Assembly (NCBI GenBank): GCA_016208965.1
Contig: JACQXB010000006.1
Coordinates: forward strand, 58,262 to 122,261
From: Nitrospirota bacterium
GTDB lineage: Bacteria > Nitrospirota > Thermodesulfovibrionia > UBA6902 > DSMQ01
Length of the DNA stretch: 64,000 bases
Direction: 5' to 3'
Part shown: positions 51,057 through 60,143 of the stretch, piece by piece
Layout: every line of letters starts with the position of its first letter
How positions within the stretch are numbered: the stretch's first letter is position 1
The notes under the pieces: generated by a model
What the model was told of the DNA's origin: nothing
The model's input: only the letters and a program-made list of their open reading frames with translations
The model's database searches: none
Made by a program: the position numbers and the translations under genes

Positions 51057-51401
51057 TCATTCCTCTTCCTCAAATGCTTCTTTTATTCTCTTTTCAAATT
51101 TCCTTTTTATATCCTTTTCAAGGTAGTCCATCATTTCCTCCATCTCCCTGTGCATTGTCTCAAGCCTCCGCCTCATCCTTAAGATTATATCCACACCTGC
51201 CCTGTTTACTCCCATGTCTTTTGTAAGTCCCAGGATCATCCTTATGCGCTCTAAATCTTCTTGAGAATATAACCTTGAGCGTCCGACCCTTTGTGGATGA
51301 AGCAGTCCCTCTCTTTCATAGAGTCTAAGGGTCTGTGGATGAATATGAAACATCCTGCAAACGACGCTTATCATGAATAATGGACGTTTTTTATCTTCCA
51401 T
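51057..51401 (-). CDS. hspR: MerR-family heat-shock repressor HspR
   Basis: FMISVVCRMFHIHPQTLRLYEREGLL. Sits between dnaJ and clpB. Confidence 0.8.
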   Translation of the reverse strand: MEDKKRPLFMISVVCRMFHIHPQTLRLYEREGLLHPQRVGRSRLYSQEDLERIRMILGLTKDMGVNRAGVDIILRMRRRLETMHREMEEMMDYLEKDIKRKFEKRIKEAFEEEE

Positions 51402-51543
51402 AACTTATTCCTTCAAACCCTAAATTCTAATATCTAAATTCTAAACAAATTCTAATGTTCAAATAACCAAATTCAAAACAGTTTTGAATATTTGAATTTA
51501 GAATTTTGATATTGTTTAGTATTTAGGATTTCGGATTTAGAGT

Positions 51544-52599
51544 TTAAGCCTTATACGCTTTTTCCACCTCTTTTAACGCTTCCCTCATTTTATCTGTAAC
51601 TTTCTTTGGCACTACTATTTTTATGGTTACATATTCATCGCCCCTTATGCCTATTTTTGTATTAGGGATTCCCTTGCCTTTAAGTTTGAATTTTTTCCCG
51701 CTGTCTGTTCCGGGAGGAAGGGTCATTGTAACCTGGCCATCAAGCGTTGGAACCTCAATCTTTCCTCCAAGTACTGCTTCGCCAATACTCACAGACATAT
51801 CAACATAGATATCATCTCCATCGCGCTTAAACACAGCGTGCGGTTTAACAGTCAGTTCTATGTAAAGATTTCCGAGATGCCCCTTTTTTATACCTGCACC
51901 TCCCATGCCTTTTAATTTTAGTCTGCTTCCCGTATGTGCGCCTGGGGGGATTTTTACTTTTATGGTTTCAGTAACAAGCACAGTTCCACTCCCTCTGCAC
52001 GACTTACATGCCTTTGTAATTATCTTTCCTGCGCCCTTACAGGAAGGACATGTCTGACTTACTCTGAAATATCCTTTGCCCTGCTGTATCACCCCTGCGC
52101 CTTTGCAATTAGAGCATGTCTGAGAGGTCTCAGCCCCCGTCCCTTTACACGCACTACATGAAATCTCTCGTGTTAATGTAATAGGTTTGCTTACACCCTT
52201 ATATGCCTCCTCAAGAGAAATTTCAATGGATGTTGCAAGGTCAGCACCACGCAGCGGTATCTCTTCGCCCCTGCGGCTGCCGAAAAGGTTTGCAAAAATA
52301 TCTTCAGCACCGCCAAAATCAAAACCAAAGTCAAAGGGTCTAAACCCTTCAAACCCTCTTGCTCCAGCCTCAAAAGGAGTCTTTCCAAACTGGTCATAAT
52401 CTGCCCGTTTCTTTGGGTCGCCAAGAACCTCATAAGCCTCGTTTATCTCTTTAAATTTCTGCTCTGATGACTTATCGCCTAGATTTAAATCAGGATGGTA
52501 TTTGCGCGCTAATTTCCTGAATGCCCTCTTTATTTCATCCTGAGAGGCATCTCTTTTTACACCGAGCATTTCGTAATAGTCTTTAGTTGCGGTCGTCAT
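51544..52599 (-). CDS. dnaJ: Chaperone DnaJ
   Basis: J-domain (HPD), G/F region and four CxxCxGxG zinc repeats. Confidence 0.9.
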   Translation of the reverse strand: MTTATKDYYEMLGVKRDASQDEIKRAFRKLARKYHPDLNLGDKSSEQKFKEINEAYEVLGDPKKRADYDQFGKTPFEAGARGFEGFRPFDFGFDFGGAEDIFANLFGSRRGEEIPLRGADLATSIEISLEEAYKGVSKPITLTREISCSACKGTGAETSQTCSNCKGAGVIQQGKGYFRVSQTCPSCKGAGKIITKACKSCRGSGTVLVTETIKVKIPPGAHTGSRLKLKGMGGAGIKKGHLGNLYIELTVKPHAVFKRDGDDIYVDMSVSIGEAVLGGKIEVPTLDGQVTMTLPPGTDSGKKFKLKGKGIPNTKIGIRGDEYVTIKIVVPKKVTDKMREALKEVEKAYKA

Positions 52600-52926
52600 T
52601 TTGCTTCCTCAATAGGGTTTTAAGGATTCAAGGATGAAAGTGAAAATTAAAAATCAAAGATAAAAAATTAAAATGACAGATTAAAATGTAAAAATATCTT
52701 CCTGACATTATCTTTGAATTTTGATTTGTCATTTTGCATTTTGATTTTTAATCTTTTATTTAGTTCCTTGATCCTTACGCCCCTTGAATCCTTTTTATAT
52801 CATATCAATTGATATGGTTCATGTCAAGTAAGTTTATTAAAGAAAGCAAAAATAGCCATAGTTTTTTTAAGAATTCGCGAGAATCATTATGTCAATCCCG
52901 AAGTGCCGGGAACACAAAGAATTATG

Positions 52927-53073
52927 AAAATCCCCCTCCATCCCCCTTTTTCAAAGGTATGAACCAGAGCGGTTCATACCAAAGGGGGAAATTTTCCCCC
53001 CTATTAAGAGGGGATAAAGGGGTGTATTCCCCTCTTTAGCAAAGAGGGGTGAGGGGAGATTTTATAAATAGAG
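52927..53073. repeat. Composite cluster of 2-3 C6/G6 palindromic elements with an inner hairpin
   Basis: aaaatccccctccatcccccttttt...aaagggggaaattttcccccc...ctttagcaaagaggggtgaggggagatttt. Confidence 0.7.
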
Positions 53074-53154
53074 TATTTTCGGGTCAATGGTTAATAAAAG
53101 GAATTGATTAGGAAAGGATGTAAAAAGATAAATATAGGAGTGAATTTTGGATAA

Positions 53155-54375
53155 TTAATTCAAAAGCCTTACACGCACCTTTGCGCCTTTTTTTATAAAT
53201 TCTTCATCTTCAGGTAAAATCATCAGGCTATTGGCAAGCATCATTGATTTTAATATTGCAGAACCCTGAGGACCTGTAGCCTTTGTTATATAACCACTGT
53301 TTTCCCATCGGGTCTGTGCCCTGAGGAAAAACCTCAGTCCTTTTTTCTTCTTTATATCCTCATCTAATATAGCCTCTACCTCTTTTATGCTATCATCCTT
53401 CTGTCCTAACATCTTAAGGATAGCAGGCATTACAAACATCTCAAAACTCACCATGCTTGAGACAGGATTTCCCGGCAATCCAAACACAGGCTTCCCATCC
53501 ATTATACCGAATAATACAGGTTTCCCTGGCCGCATTGCGATTTTCCAGAACTTTATCTCTGCCCCTAATCTCACTAAAACATCTTTAATTAAATCATAGT
53601 CCCCCATGGAGACCCCGCCGGATGTAACTATTGCATCATGCCCTCTGCACAGATTTATCTTCTTCTCTAAATCCCCTATATCATCTCTTGCAATGCCTAT
53701 GTTTGCCGGCTCCCCACCGCAACTCAGTATCTGGTTATATAATGTGTAGGTATTAGAGGTTCTGAGCTTCCCGTGTGTTAATTGTTCTTCTACATCTATT
53801 AGTTCATCGCCTGTTGCCAGGATAGCAACATGGGGTTTTCTTGTAACCTTTGCCCTTGAGATACCTAAGGCTGCAAGCATACCTATATGGGCCGGCTTCA
53901 GTAATGTTCCCTTTTGAATCACAAGCTCGCTGCTTTTTATATCTTCTCCTGCCTTTCTTATGTTATCACCGTATTCTACCTCTTTAAAAATCTTTACTTT
54001 TGACTTTTGACTTTTGACTTTTGACTTCTCAGTCTCTTCAACCATTATCACAGAATCAGCACCTTTAGGTATTGGCGCTCCTGTCATAATCTTTATTGCC
54101 TGACCGTGTTTTGTCTCCATAGAGGCAGCAATACCTGCTTTAATTTCTCCAATAACATCCAAAATTTTTGGCGTCTCATTTGAAGCGCCGACAGTATCAG
54201 ATGATTTAATCGCATACCCATCCATTCCAGAGTTATCAAAGGCAGGGATATCGCCACTGCTAAATGCATCTTCATACAGCACTCTTCCTAATGAATCTGA
54301 AAGAGAGATAGTTTCTGAATCTAATGGTGCGATAGAGTTAAGTATAATTGTTAATGCATCTTCAACTTTTATCAT
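53155..54375 (-). CDS. moeA: Molybdopterin molybdenumtransferase MoeA
   Basis: 406 aa reading GGVSMGDYD. Contains in-frame (ttttgac)x4 at 53996-54027, translated KSKVKSQKSKVK. Confidence 0.85.
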   Translation of the reverse strand: MIKVEDALTIILNSIAPLDSETISLSDSLGRVLYEDAFSSGDIPAFDNSGMDGYAIKSSDTVGASNETPKILDVIGEIKAGIAASMETKHGQAIKIMTGAPIPKGADSVIMVEETEKSKVKSQKSKVKIFKEVEYGDNIRKAGEDIKSSELVIQKGTLLKPAHIGMLAALGISRAKVTRKPHVAILATGDELIDVEEQLTHGKLRTSNTYTLYNQILSCGGEPANIGIARDDIGDLEKKINLCRGHDAIVTSGGVSMGDYDLIKDVLVRLGAEIKFWKIAMRPGKPVLFGIMDGKPVFGLPGNPVSSMVSFEMFVMPAILKMLGQKDDSIKEVEAILDEDIKKKKGLRFFLRAQTRWENSGYITKATGPQGSAILKSMMLANSLMILPEDEEFIKKGAKVRVRLLN

Positions 54376-54520
54376 TTGATTACAGGGTTGCTTTAGACAT
54401 GGAATTATTTATCCAGCACTCTGAGAATTGGTACTTGGATTTATTTAAGACCATGTTACAAAAGTATAGCCTATATTACTAAGAGCATATGGACATGTCA
54501 ATAAAATAACAGAAGCAAAT

Positions 54521-54575
54521 AAGCTAATAAGCTATAAGCTAAGAGCTAAAAGCTAATAGCTAATAGCTAAATAGA
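54521..54575. repeat. Heptanucleotide tandem repeat (a[at]aagct)x8
   Basis: taagcta ataagct ataagct aagagct aaaagct aatagct aatagct. Confidence 0.8.
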
Positions 54576-54629
54576 GAATTTCCTATCTGTTTTTATTATA
54601 ATTGGGAAGATTAGTTTAGATTAATAACT

Positions 54630-55784
54630 ATGAAGAGAAAAATTACAATAGGCACACGAAGTAGCAAGCTTGCCTTATGGCAGGCTGAATGGGTTAAATC
54701 TGAACTCAAAAAGCTTAACTCTGATTTAGAGATTGAACTTAAAAAGATTAAGACTACAGGTGATAAAATTCTTGATGTCCCTCTTGCAAAAATTGGCGGC
54801 AAAGGGCTTTTTGTAAAGGAGATAGAAGAAGCACTTTTAAGAAGAGAGGCTGACTTAGCAGTCCACAGCATGAAGGATGTGCCAACTGATTTACCTCAAG
54901 GGCTTCATATATCCGCTATATGTAAGAGGGAGAATCCGAGAGATGCCTTAATAGTAAGTCAAAAGTCAAATCCCCCCTTACCCCCCTTTGCTAAAGGGGG
55001 GCGTGGGGGGATTTTAAACTCGTCACTCGTTACTCGTCACTCGTTACTATACGAGCTTCCACATGGTGCAACAATTGGCACGAGCAGTCTTAGAAGAATA
55101 TGCCAGATATTAAGCATACAGCCTAATTTTAAAATTACACAGCTTCGCGGAAATCTTGATACAAGGATAAGAAAACTTGATGAAGGGAAGTTTGACGCCA
55201 TTATTGTTGCAGTTGCGGGTGTAAAAAGGCTGGGTTTATCTCATAGAATTACTGAAACTCTTGAACCTGATATATGTCTGCCCGCTATAGGTCAAGGGGC
55301 TGTTGGTATAGAATGCAGAACCGATGATAAATTTATAAATAGCATCCTTTCACCTTTAAATCACGTTGAAACATCTGTATGTGTGAAGGCAGAAAGGGCA
55401 TTCCTTAAGAGGTTAGAGGGCGGCTGTCAGGTGCCAATTGCAGCGTATGCGAGAATTGAGAAGATGCAAGATTCAGGATACAGGATTCAGGATACAGGAT
55501 TCAAGATACAGGATAATCATGCATCGTGCATCATGCATCATGCATCCGACATCGTCACTCGTCAATCATTACTATATATTGATATTGACGGTCTTATCGG
55601 CAGCGTCTCCGGAGACAGACTCATAAAAGGTCACATAGAGGGAAATCCTCAGGATGCAGAAAAACTTGGGGTCAACCTCGCGGAGGATTTACTCTCAAGA
55701 GGTGGAGAAAAAATACTTGCAGAGATTTATCCAGTTAGATCACTATCATCCGCTAACCATCTGAAACCCATTGATAATACATGA
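54630..55784 (+). CDS. hemC: Porphobilinogen deaminase with three in-frame repeat-derived insertions
   Basis: IGTRSSKLALWQA and the cofactor region are present. Insertions: a C6/G6 palindrome at 54968-55015, an (actcgtc/actcgtt)x4 run at 55015-55050, and 7-mer runs (caggata/caggatt)x6 plus (catgcat)x4 at 55462-55550. Confidence 0.85.
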   Translation: MKRKITIGTRSSKLALWQAEWVKSELKKLNSDLEIELKKIKTTGDKILDVPLAKIGGKGLFVKEIEEALLRREADLAVHSMKDVPTDLPQGLHISAICKRENPRDALIVSQKSNPPLPPFAKGGRGGILNSSLVTRHSLLYELPHGATIGTSSLRRICQILSIQPNFKITQLRGNLDTRIRKLDEGKFDAIIVAVAGVKRLGLSHRITETLEPDICLPAIGQGAVGIECRTDDKFINSILSPLNHVETSVCVKAERAFLKRLEGGCQVPIAAYARIEKMQDSGYRIQDTGFKIQDNHASCIMHHASDIVTRQSLLYIDIDGLIGSVSGDRLIKGHIEGNPQDAEKLGVNLAEDLLSRGGEKILAEIYPVRSLSSANHLKPIDNT

Positions 55785-55877
55785 TTTCAAATGATAATGT
55801 TCAAAACAGAGTGTATTTAACGTACACAGTTGCATGAATTAACTGGGCTAAAAGTTTCTGTTGTTAGATTTTTATAT

Positions 55878-56267
55878 TTACTTTTGAGGAATTAATGCCC
55901 TGTGTCTTTTTAGAAAATAGTCCCAGTCATGATGCCGCCGCAGCATGGATGACTCAAACAGGATTCGTGCCTCGGTGTCTTTGTCAGCAATGACCATCCC
56001 GTCGTTGATTATCTCAAAGGCAAATACAGGCTCCTCAACAGTATTAAGCACTGTAACCTGCACTTCTTCTTTTATTTCCCTTTCTATCTCTGCTTCAAGA
56101 TAGAACCGTGACCAGTCCTTAAGGCATTTCACATCAAAATAAACAGCAACATCCCAATCACTCTTTATGCCAGCAAAACCTTTTACCCTTGACCCAAAAA
56201 GATAACCAAATACAACACACTTGTTTTTCACCAATATATGCCTTATCTTCTCTAAAGTATCCTTCAT
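55878..56267 (-). CDS. Minimal nucleotidyltransferase (MNT)
   Basis: GSRVKGFAGIKSDWDVAVYFD. Confidence 0.75.
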   Translation of the reverse strand: MKDTLEKIRHILVKNKCVVFGYLFGSRVKGFAGIKSDWDVAVYFDVKCLKDWSRFYLEAEIEREIKEEVQVTVLNTVEEPVFAFEIINDGMVIADKDTEARILFESSMLRRHHDWDYFLKRHRALIPQK

Positions 56268-56674
56268 AGTCTCTCTATATATTTTATAAACTGTTCTATA
56301 TCTTTAATACCAGATTTAAGAAATTTCTCGAGCTCTGGCACTGTGTTTTTCTGATAATCGTGAGCAAGGAAATTCCTGAGTCCCGCAATATAGACAAATT
56401 TATGAGCAAAACCCTTAGGAATAATAGCGTAATCTCCAAGTTTATAAATAGAATCACTATATGTGGAGGCCTTGGGATAACCTTTTTTTATTATAATTAA
56501 GTCTGAAATGTCAAGGACTATTTCTGAACAAAGATAGATGGAACGTTCCGCAATTTTTTTTGCCTCAATAGATGTCTTAAGTTTTTTTAGTAATTCAGGC
56601 TTGCTTTTTTTAAGATAGAATAATTCCTCTTTCAGACGTTCAAGTTTTTGAAAAAGAACTCTATCCATGACCAA
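56264..56674 (-). CDS. HepT/DUF86-family (HEPN) protein
   Basis: RNFLAHDYQ fits the Rx4HxY motif. Overlaps the MNT gene by 4 bp. Confidence 0.7.
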   Translation of the reverse strand: MVMDRVLFQKLERLKEELFYLKKSKPELLKKLKTSIEAKKIAERSIYLCSEIVLDISDLIIIKKGYPKASTYSDSIYKLGDYAIIPKGFAHKFVYIAGLRNFLAHDYQKNTVPELEKFLKSGIKDIEQFIKYIERL

Positions 56675-57000
56675 AGTATAGCATAATCAAGAGAAGGTCG
56701 GTAAGTAGAAAATATTTAAGCCCCGAAGGGTTGTTGAAGGTAGTTCAGAACCCTGAACAATACTGCACCGCATGTTTTGATAATACCCAAGTTGAGCGTT
56801 TTTCTTGTTATGATATGAGGCATGTTCATTCAAAAACCCGTGTAACGCAACAGGATTCATTGAGAGGCAATTATTTTTTGGTTTCACCACATAAGTTATT
56901 CAAAAGATTTTCTATAAAAATAATTGCCTGTTATAAGGTCCCTAAAGATCCCTGATAATCTTTACTTTTTAACCTATTTTTAATAACATACTGACATGGA

Positions 57001-57123
57001 ACAAACGATTATTGAAAAGATCAAGAGTTATCTATATTCAAGGGATGAAGTAGTTACTGCCTATATCTTCGGATCTTATACTACTGAAAAGGTCAGTAGT
57101 ATGAGCGATATTGACATTTGAAA
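57001..57123 (+). pseudogene. N-terminal fragment of a second nucleotidyltransferase
   Basis: MEQTIIEKIKSYLYSRDEVVTAYIFGSYTTEKVSSMSDIDI followed by a stop. Confidence 0.4.
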
Positions 57124-57336
57124 AGGTTAGAAAAGGCGCTCCAGATACTTCAGCAGTCAAGTAAAGTTTCCTAAATTTTTTTTATCTCTCTGGAAAATTT
57201 TTTCCACGTTTTCTCAAATATCTTCTCAACAAATGTCATAATAAACGATAATAGCCCTGCCTCTTTCTTATCTTCCTGCTATTATCAAAGCCTTTAAATA
57301 CAGAAATGCTACCTGCCTAAGAGAAATACAGCATTT

Positions 57337-58560
57337 TTATAGCATATCCCATGGGATGGCAAATATGTTATGGGCAAGCTGCTTTACCTCTCTGCCGGTA
57401 TATATTAAGAGTCCAGCAGTAAATTTATTGTTCACACCTTTAAAAAACAGCAAGTTCTTTATATCACCCGCAGAAACAGTTTCTGAAAGTTTTATCTCAA
57501 CTGCTACTACTCCGTTTTCCTTTTCAATTACAAGGTCAACTTCCTTCTCCTTACCACCCTGCGTCCTGAAATAAAACACCTCTCCACCCAAAATGGATGT
57601 CATCACAATAAAGGTCAAAAGCACATAGGACTCAAGCAATGCTCCCATAAATGTTATCGGTATATCGCTTGACGAGAGATAGCCTGCAAGAGAGACTGTC
57701 AGCCCTGTGTCAATACAAAAAATCTTAGGAGATTTAATAAGCCTTACACTCATGTTCTTTGAGTACGGCTTTAACTTCATAAACAAATTTGTAGTCTCAA
57801 GTATATTAATATATCTGCCAAGCGTTGCCTGAGATAAGCCAGCGTCCCTCGCAACCTCGCTCTGTTTTAAAATTGAAGCATTTCTAATAGCAAGCAACTC
57901 CATTACCTTTTTAAAGTCAGATAGATATGAGACCTCTGAAATCTCTCTTAGATCCCTTTCAAGATAAGTCTTCTCATAAGCCTTCAGCCACATAGCAATG
58001 TGGTCTTCTTTTTTTAGAGATACAACGGGCGGAAGAAAACCCCTGAATAGGGTAAACTTCAAATCTATATCCGATGGTGTATAGCTGTCTTGAGTCTCTG
58101 AAGCCTTTCCCTTAGTTAAAAGCTTTTCAATCCATCTGTTTGGGACTCTTTCCATGAACTCCCCAAAGGAAAAAGGCAGGAGATTAAAATATATTGCCCT
58201 TCCTGCCAGACTCTCGGATACTCTCTTCATCAAGAGCATATTGGCCGAACCTGAAAGGACGATCCTCCTTGATTTGTCTTTATCTACTGCACTTTTTACA
58301 GCGTGCATAAAGGCAGGGGAGCGTTGGGCTTCATCAATGATTATATTTTTTGATATGTTAAGTATATCATTGGGCCTTTTTTCTGCGATTGAAAGAATAT
58401 CAAGATCGTCAAATGTAATGTAATGCCAGTCTCTGAATGGCTCTTCATTCTGAAGGAGAGTGCTTTTCCCTGTCTGCCTCGCCCCTGAAAGAACAATAAC
58501 AGGAGAAAATTCAACAGCATCCCTCATTTTCTCAGCAATCCACCTCTGTTTGTATATCAT
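57337..58560 (-). CDS. AAA-family ATPase with DUF4143
   Basis: Walker A GARQTGKSTLL. 407 aa. Confidence 0.8.
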   Translation of the reverse strand: MIYKQRWIAEKMRDAVEFSPVIVLSGARQTGKSTLLQNEEPFRDWHYITFDDLDILSIAEKRPNDILNISKNIIIDEAQRSPAFMHAVKSAVDKDKSRRIVLSGSANMLLMKRVSESLAGRAIYFNLLPFSFGEFMERVPNRWIEKLLTKGKASETQDSYTPSDIDLKFTLFRGFLPPVVSLKKEDHIAMWLKAYEKTYLERDLREISEVSYLSDFKKVMELLAIRNASILKQSEVARDAGLSQATLGRYINILETTNLFMKLKPYSKNMSVRLIKSPKIFCIDTGLTVSLAGYLSSSDIPITFMGALLESYVLLTFIVMTSILGGEVFYFRTQGGKEKEVDLVIEKENGVVAVEIKLSETVSAGDIKNLLFFKGVNNKFTAGLLIYTGREVKQLAHNIFAIPWDML

Positions 58561-59753
58561 GATATAAATTATATCATATCATGATAGAAAATATATCAAG
58601 TAACCAAGTTTTTTGGAAGGAATCAAAGAATATTTAACCCAGAAAATGCATTTCAAAATGATATGGATGACTGAAAAAGCTCTATTCGCAACACCTTAGC
58701 ATGTCGTTACATAATCAGTAAGTGCATAAATTTATGCAAAAACATTTATAAAGATTATGTAATGACACATATCAAATCTTGTTGCTTCATAGAGGTTTTG
58801 AAGGCATCCATATCTTCTTATTCCTTTTCTTAACTGCATTTTCTGGGTTAAAGGAATGCGAGTTTGAGATACTTAAATATAAGACAAAATACGGGTATTC
58901 TTTTAAAGTGGTTCAGAACCCTGAACAATACTGCACAGCTTGCTTTAACAATAACTACCCTATCTTTACTCCAGAGGAAAAAGTAGAGCAGATAGCGCTC
59001 TTTTAAGGTGTTCCTGAATTACTGCCAAGAAGTTCATAAGTATGACCACATGGACGTCATTCCTCCCGATGCTTCGGGATCGGGAATCTTTCTTTTCTGG
59101 AAGGATTGCGGACAAGCCGCAATGACAGTAATAGAGGGAGATGTGGCTTTACTTTTGACCGCATTAGTATTTACCTTCTTCTGTCTATATATTGAATTAA
59201 TTCTTTCTGGAAGTTCGGTATTACATCAATAAGTTTCTTGAAGTTTTTATATACTTCTTTATAATCTAACTCTAAATATTCATGGATGAGAATATTTCTA
59301 TATCCGCCTAATCCCTAATCCCTGATTTATTTTAGTCAAGTATTTTATGGCATAATTACAAAAATCGGTGTCCAGAAATTGCAAATTATTTTTTAAAATC
59401 AGGCATATTTATCTCTATATCTCCACTGCCAATCTTTATTGTCCGAGGCTTCGAGCCGCTTCTGCTTCCCTCTTGATCAGTACGCCTCTCATAATAGTCC
59501 CTTCTCCCGAAGAAGTCGGGACTGTAAGCTCATCCTCCACAGCCACCTCAAGCATCATCCTCGGTACGAACCGTCTGGTTCATACCTCGCCCCTATCCTT
59601 GTTAGCTCTGCCAGTGAACTCCTTTGCTTCAATTCTCCTAACCCTTTCTCAATGACTTTTTTTGACTTCTTTGATAAACTCTTTCTCATGGGTATAGTTC
59701 TCCTTTCTCCCTTTTAGGGATTGTTTTAATCCATTGAGAATTATACCCTTTTT

Positions 59754-60095
59754 TTGAATTTGCATAATTCATGTTACACTGTCACCAATCATCAGTACAA
59801 TCTTCCCGCATTTCACAAAAGCATCTGCTACAAGGGCAACAGGAAAGGCGTCGCTGAACGTTTCGGCGATGAATGTGTCCGCAAGAGCATTGACGTGAAT
59901 CTTTCCCTTATTGACCATTATGATCAGCTTTTAAGGAAGCTTGAATATTACATCTGTAAAAAAGCAAAGGCACACGACCCTGAGGCGCTGTTCCGTCTGT
60001 TGTCAGTGCCAGGAATAGGACAGACCCTTTCGTTGATTATCCTATATGAGATACATGACATCAGCAGATTTCCAAGCGTACATATAAAGCGATAA
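59754..60095 (+). pseudogene. C-terminal fragment of an IS110-family transposase
   Basis: LLSVPGIGQTLSLIILYEIHDISRFPS. Confidence 0.5.
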
Positions 60096-60143
60096 AGGGG
60101 ACAGCCTGCCGTCCCCTTTATTCTCCCTTTTTTCTTTTTTCCT

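Noticed and set aside
52809-53039. 76-aa ORF with PPPSPFFKG and KGGNFPPY
   Set aside because: It is read-through of the clustered C6/G6 palindromic elements in intergenic DNA.
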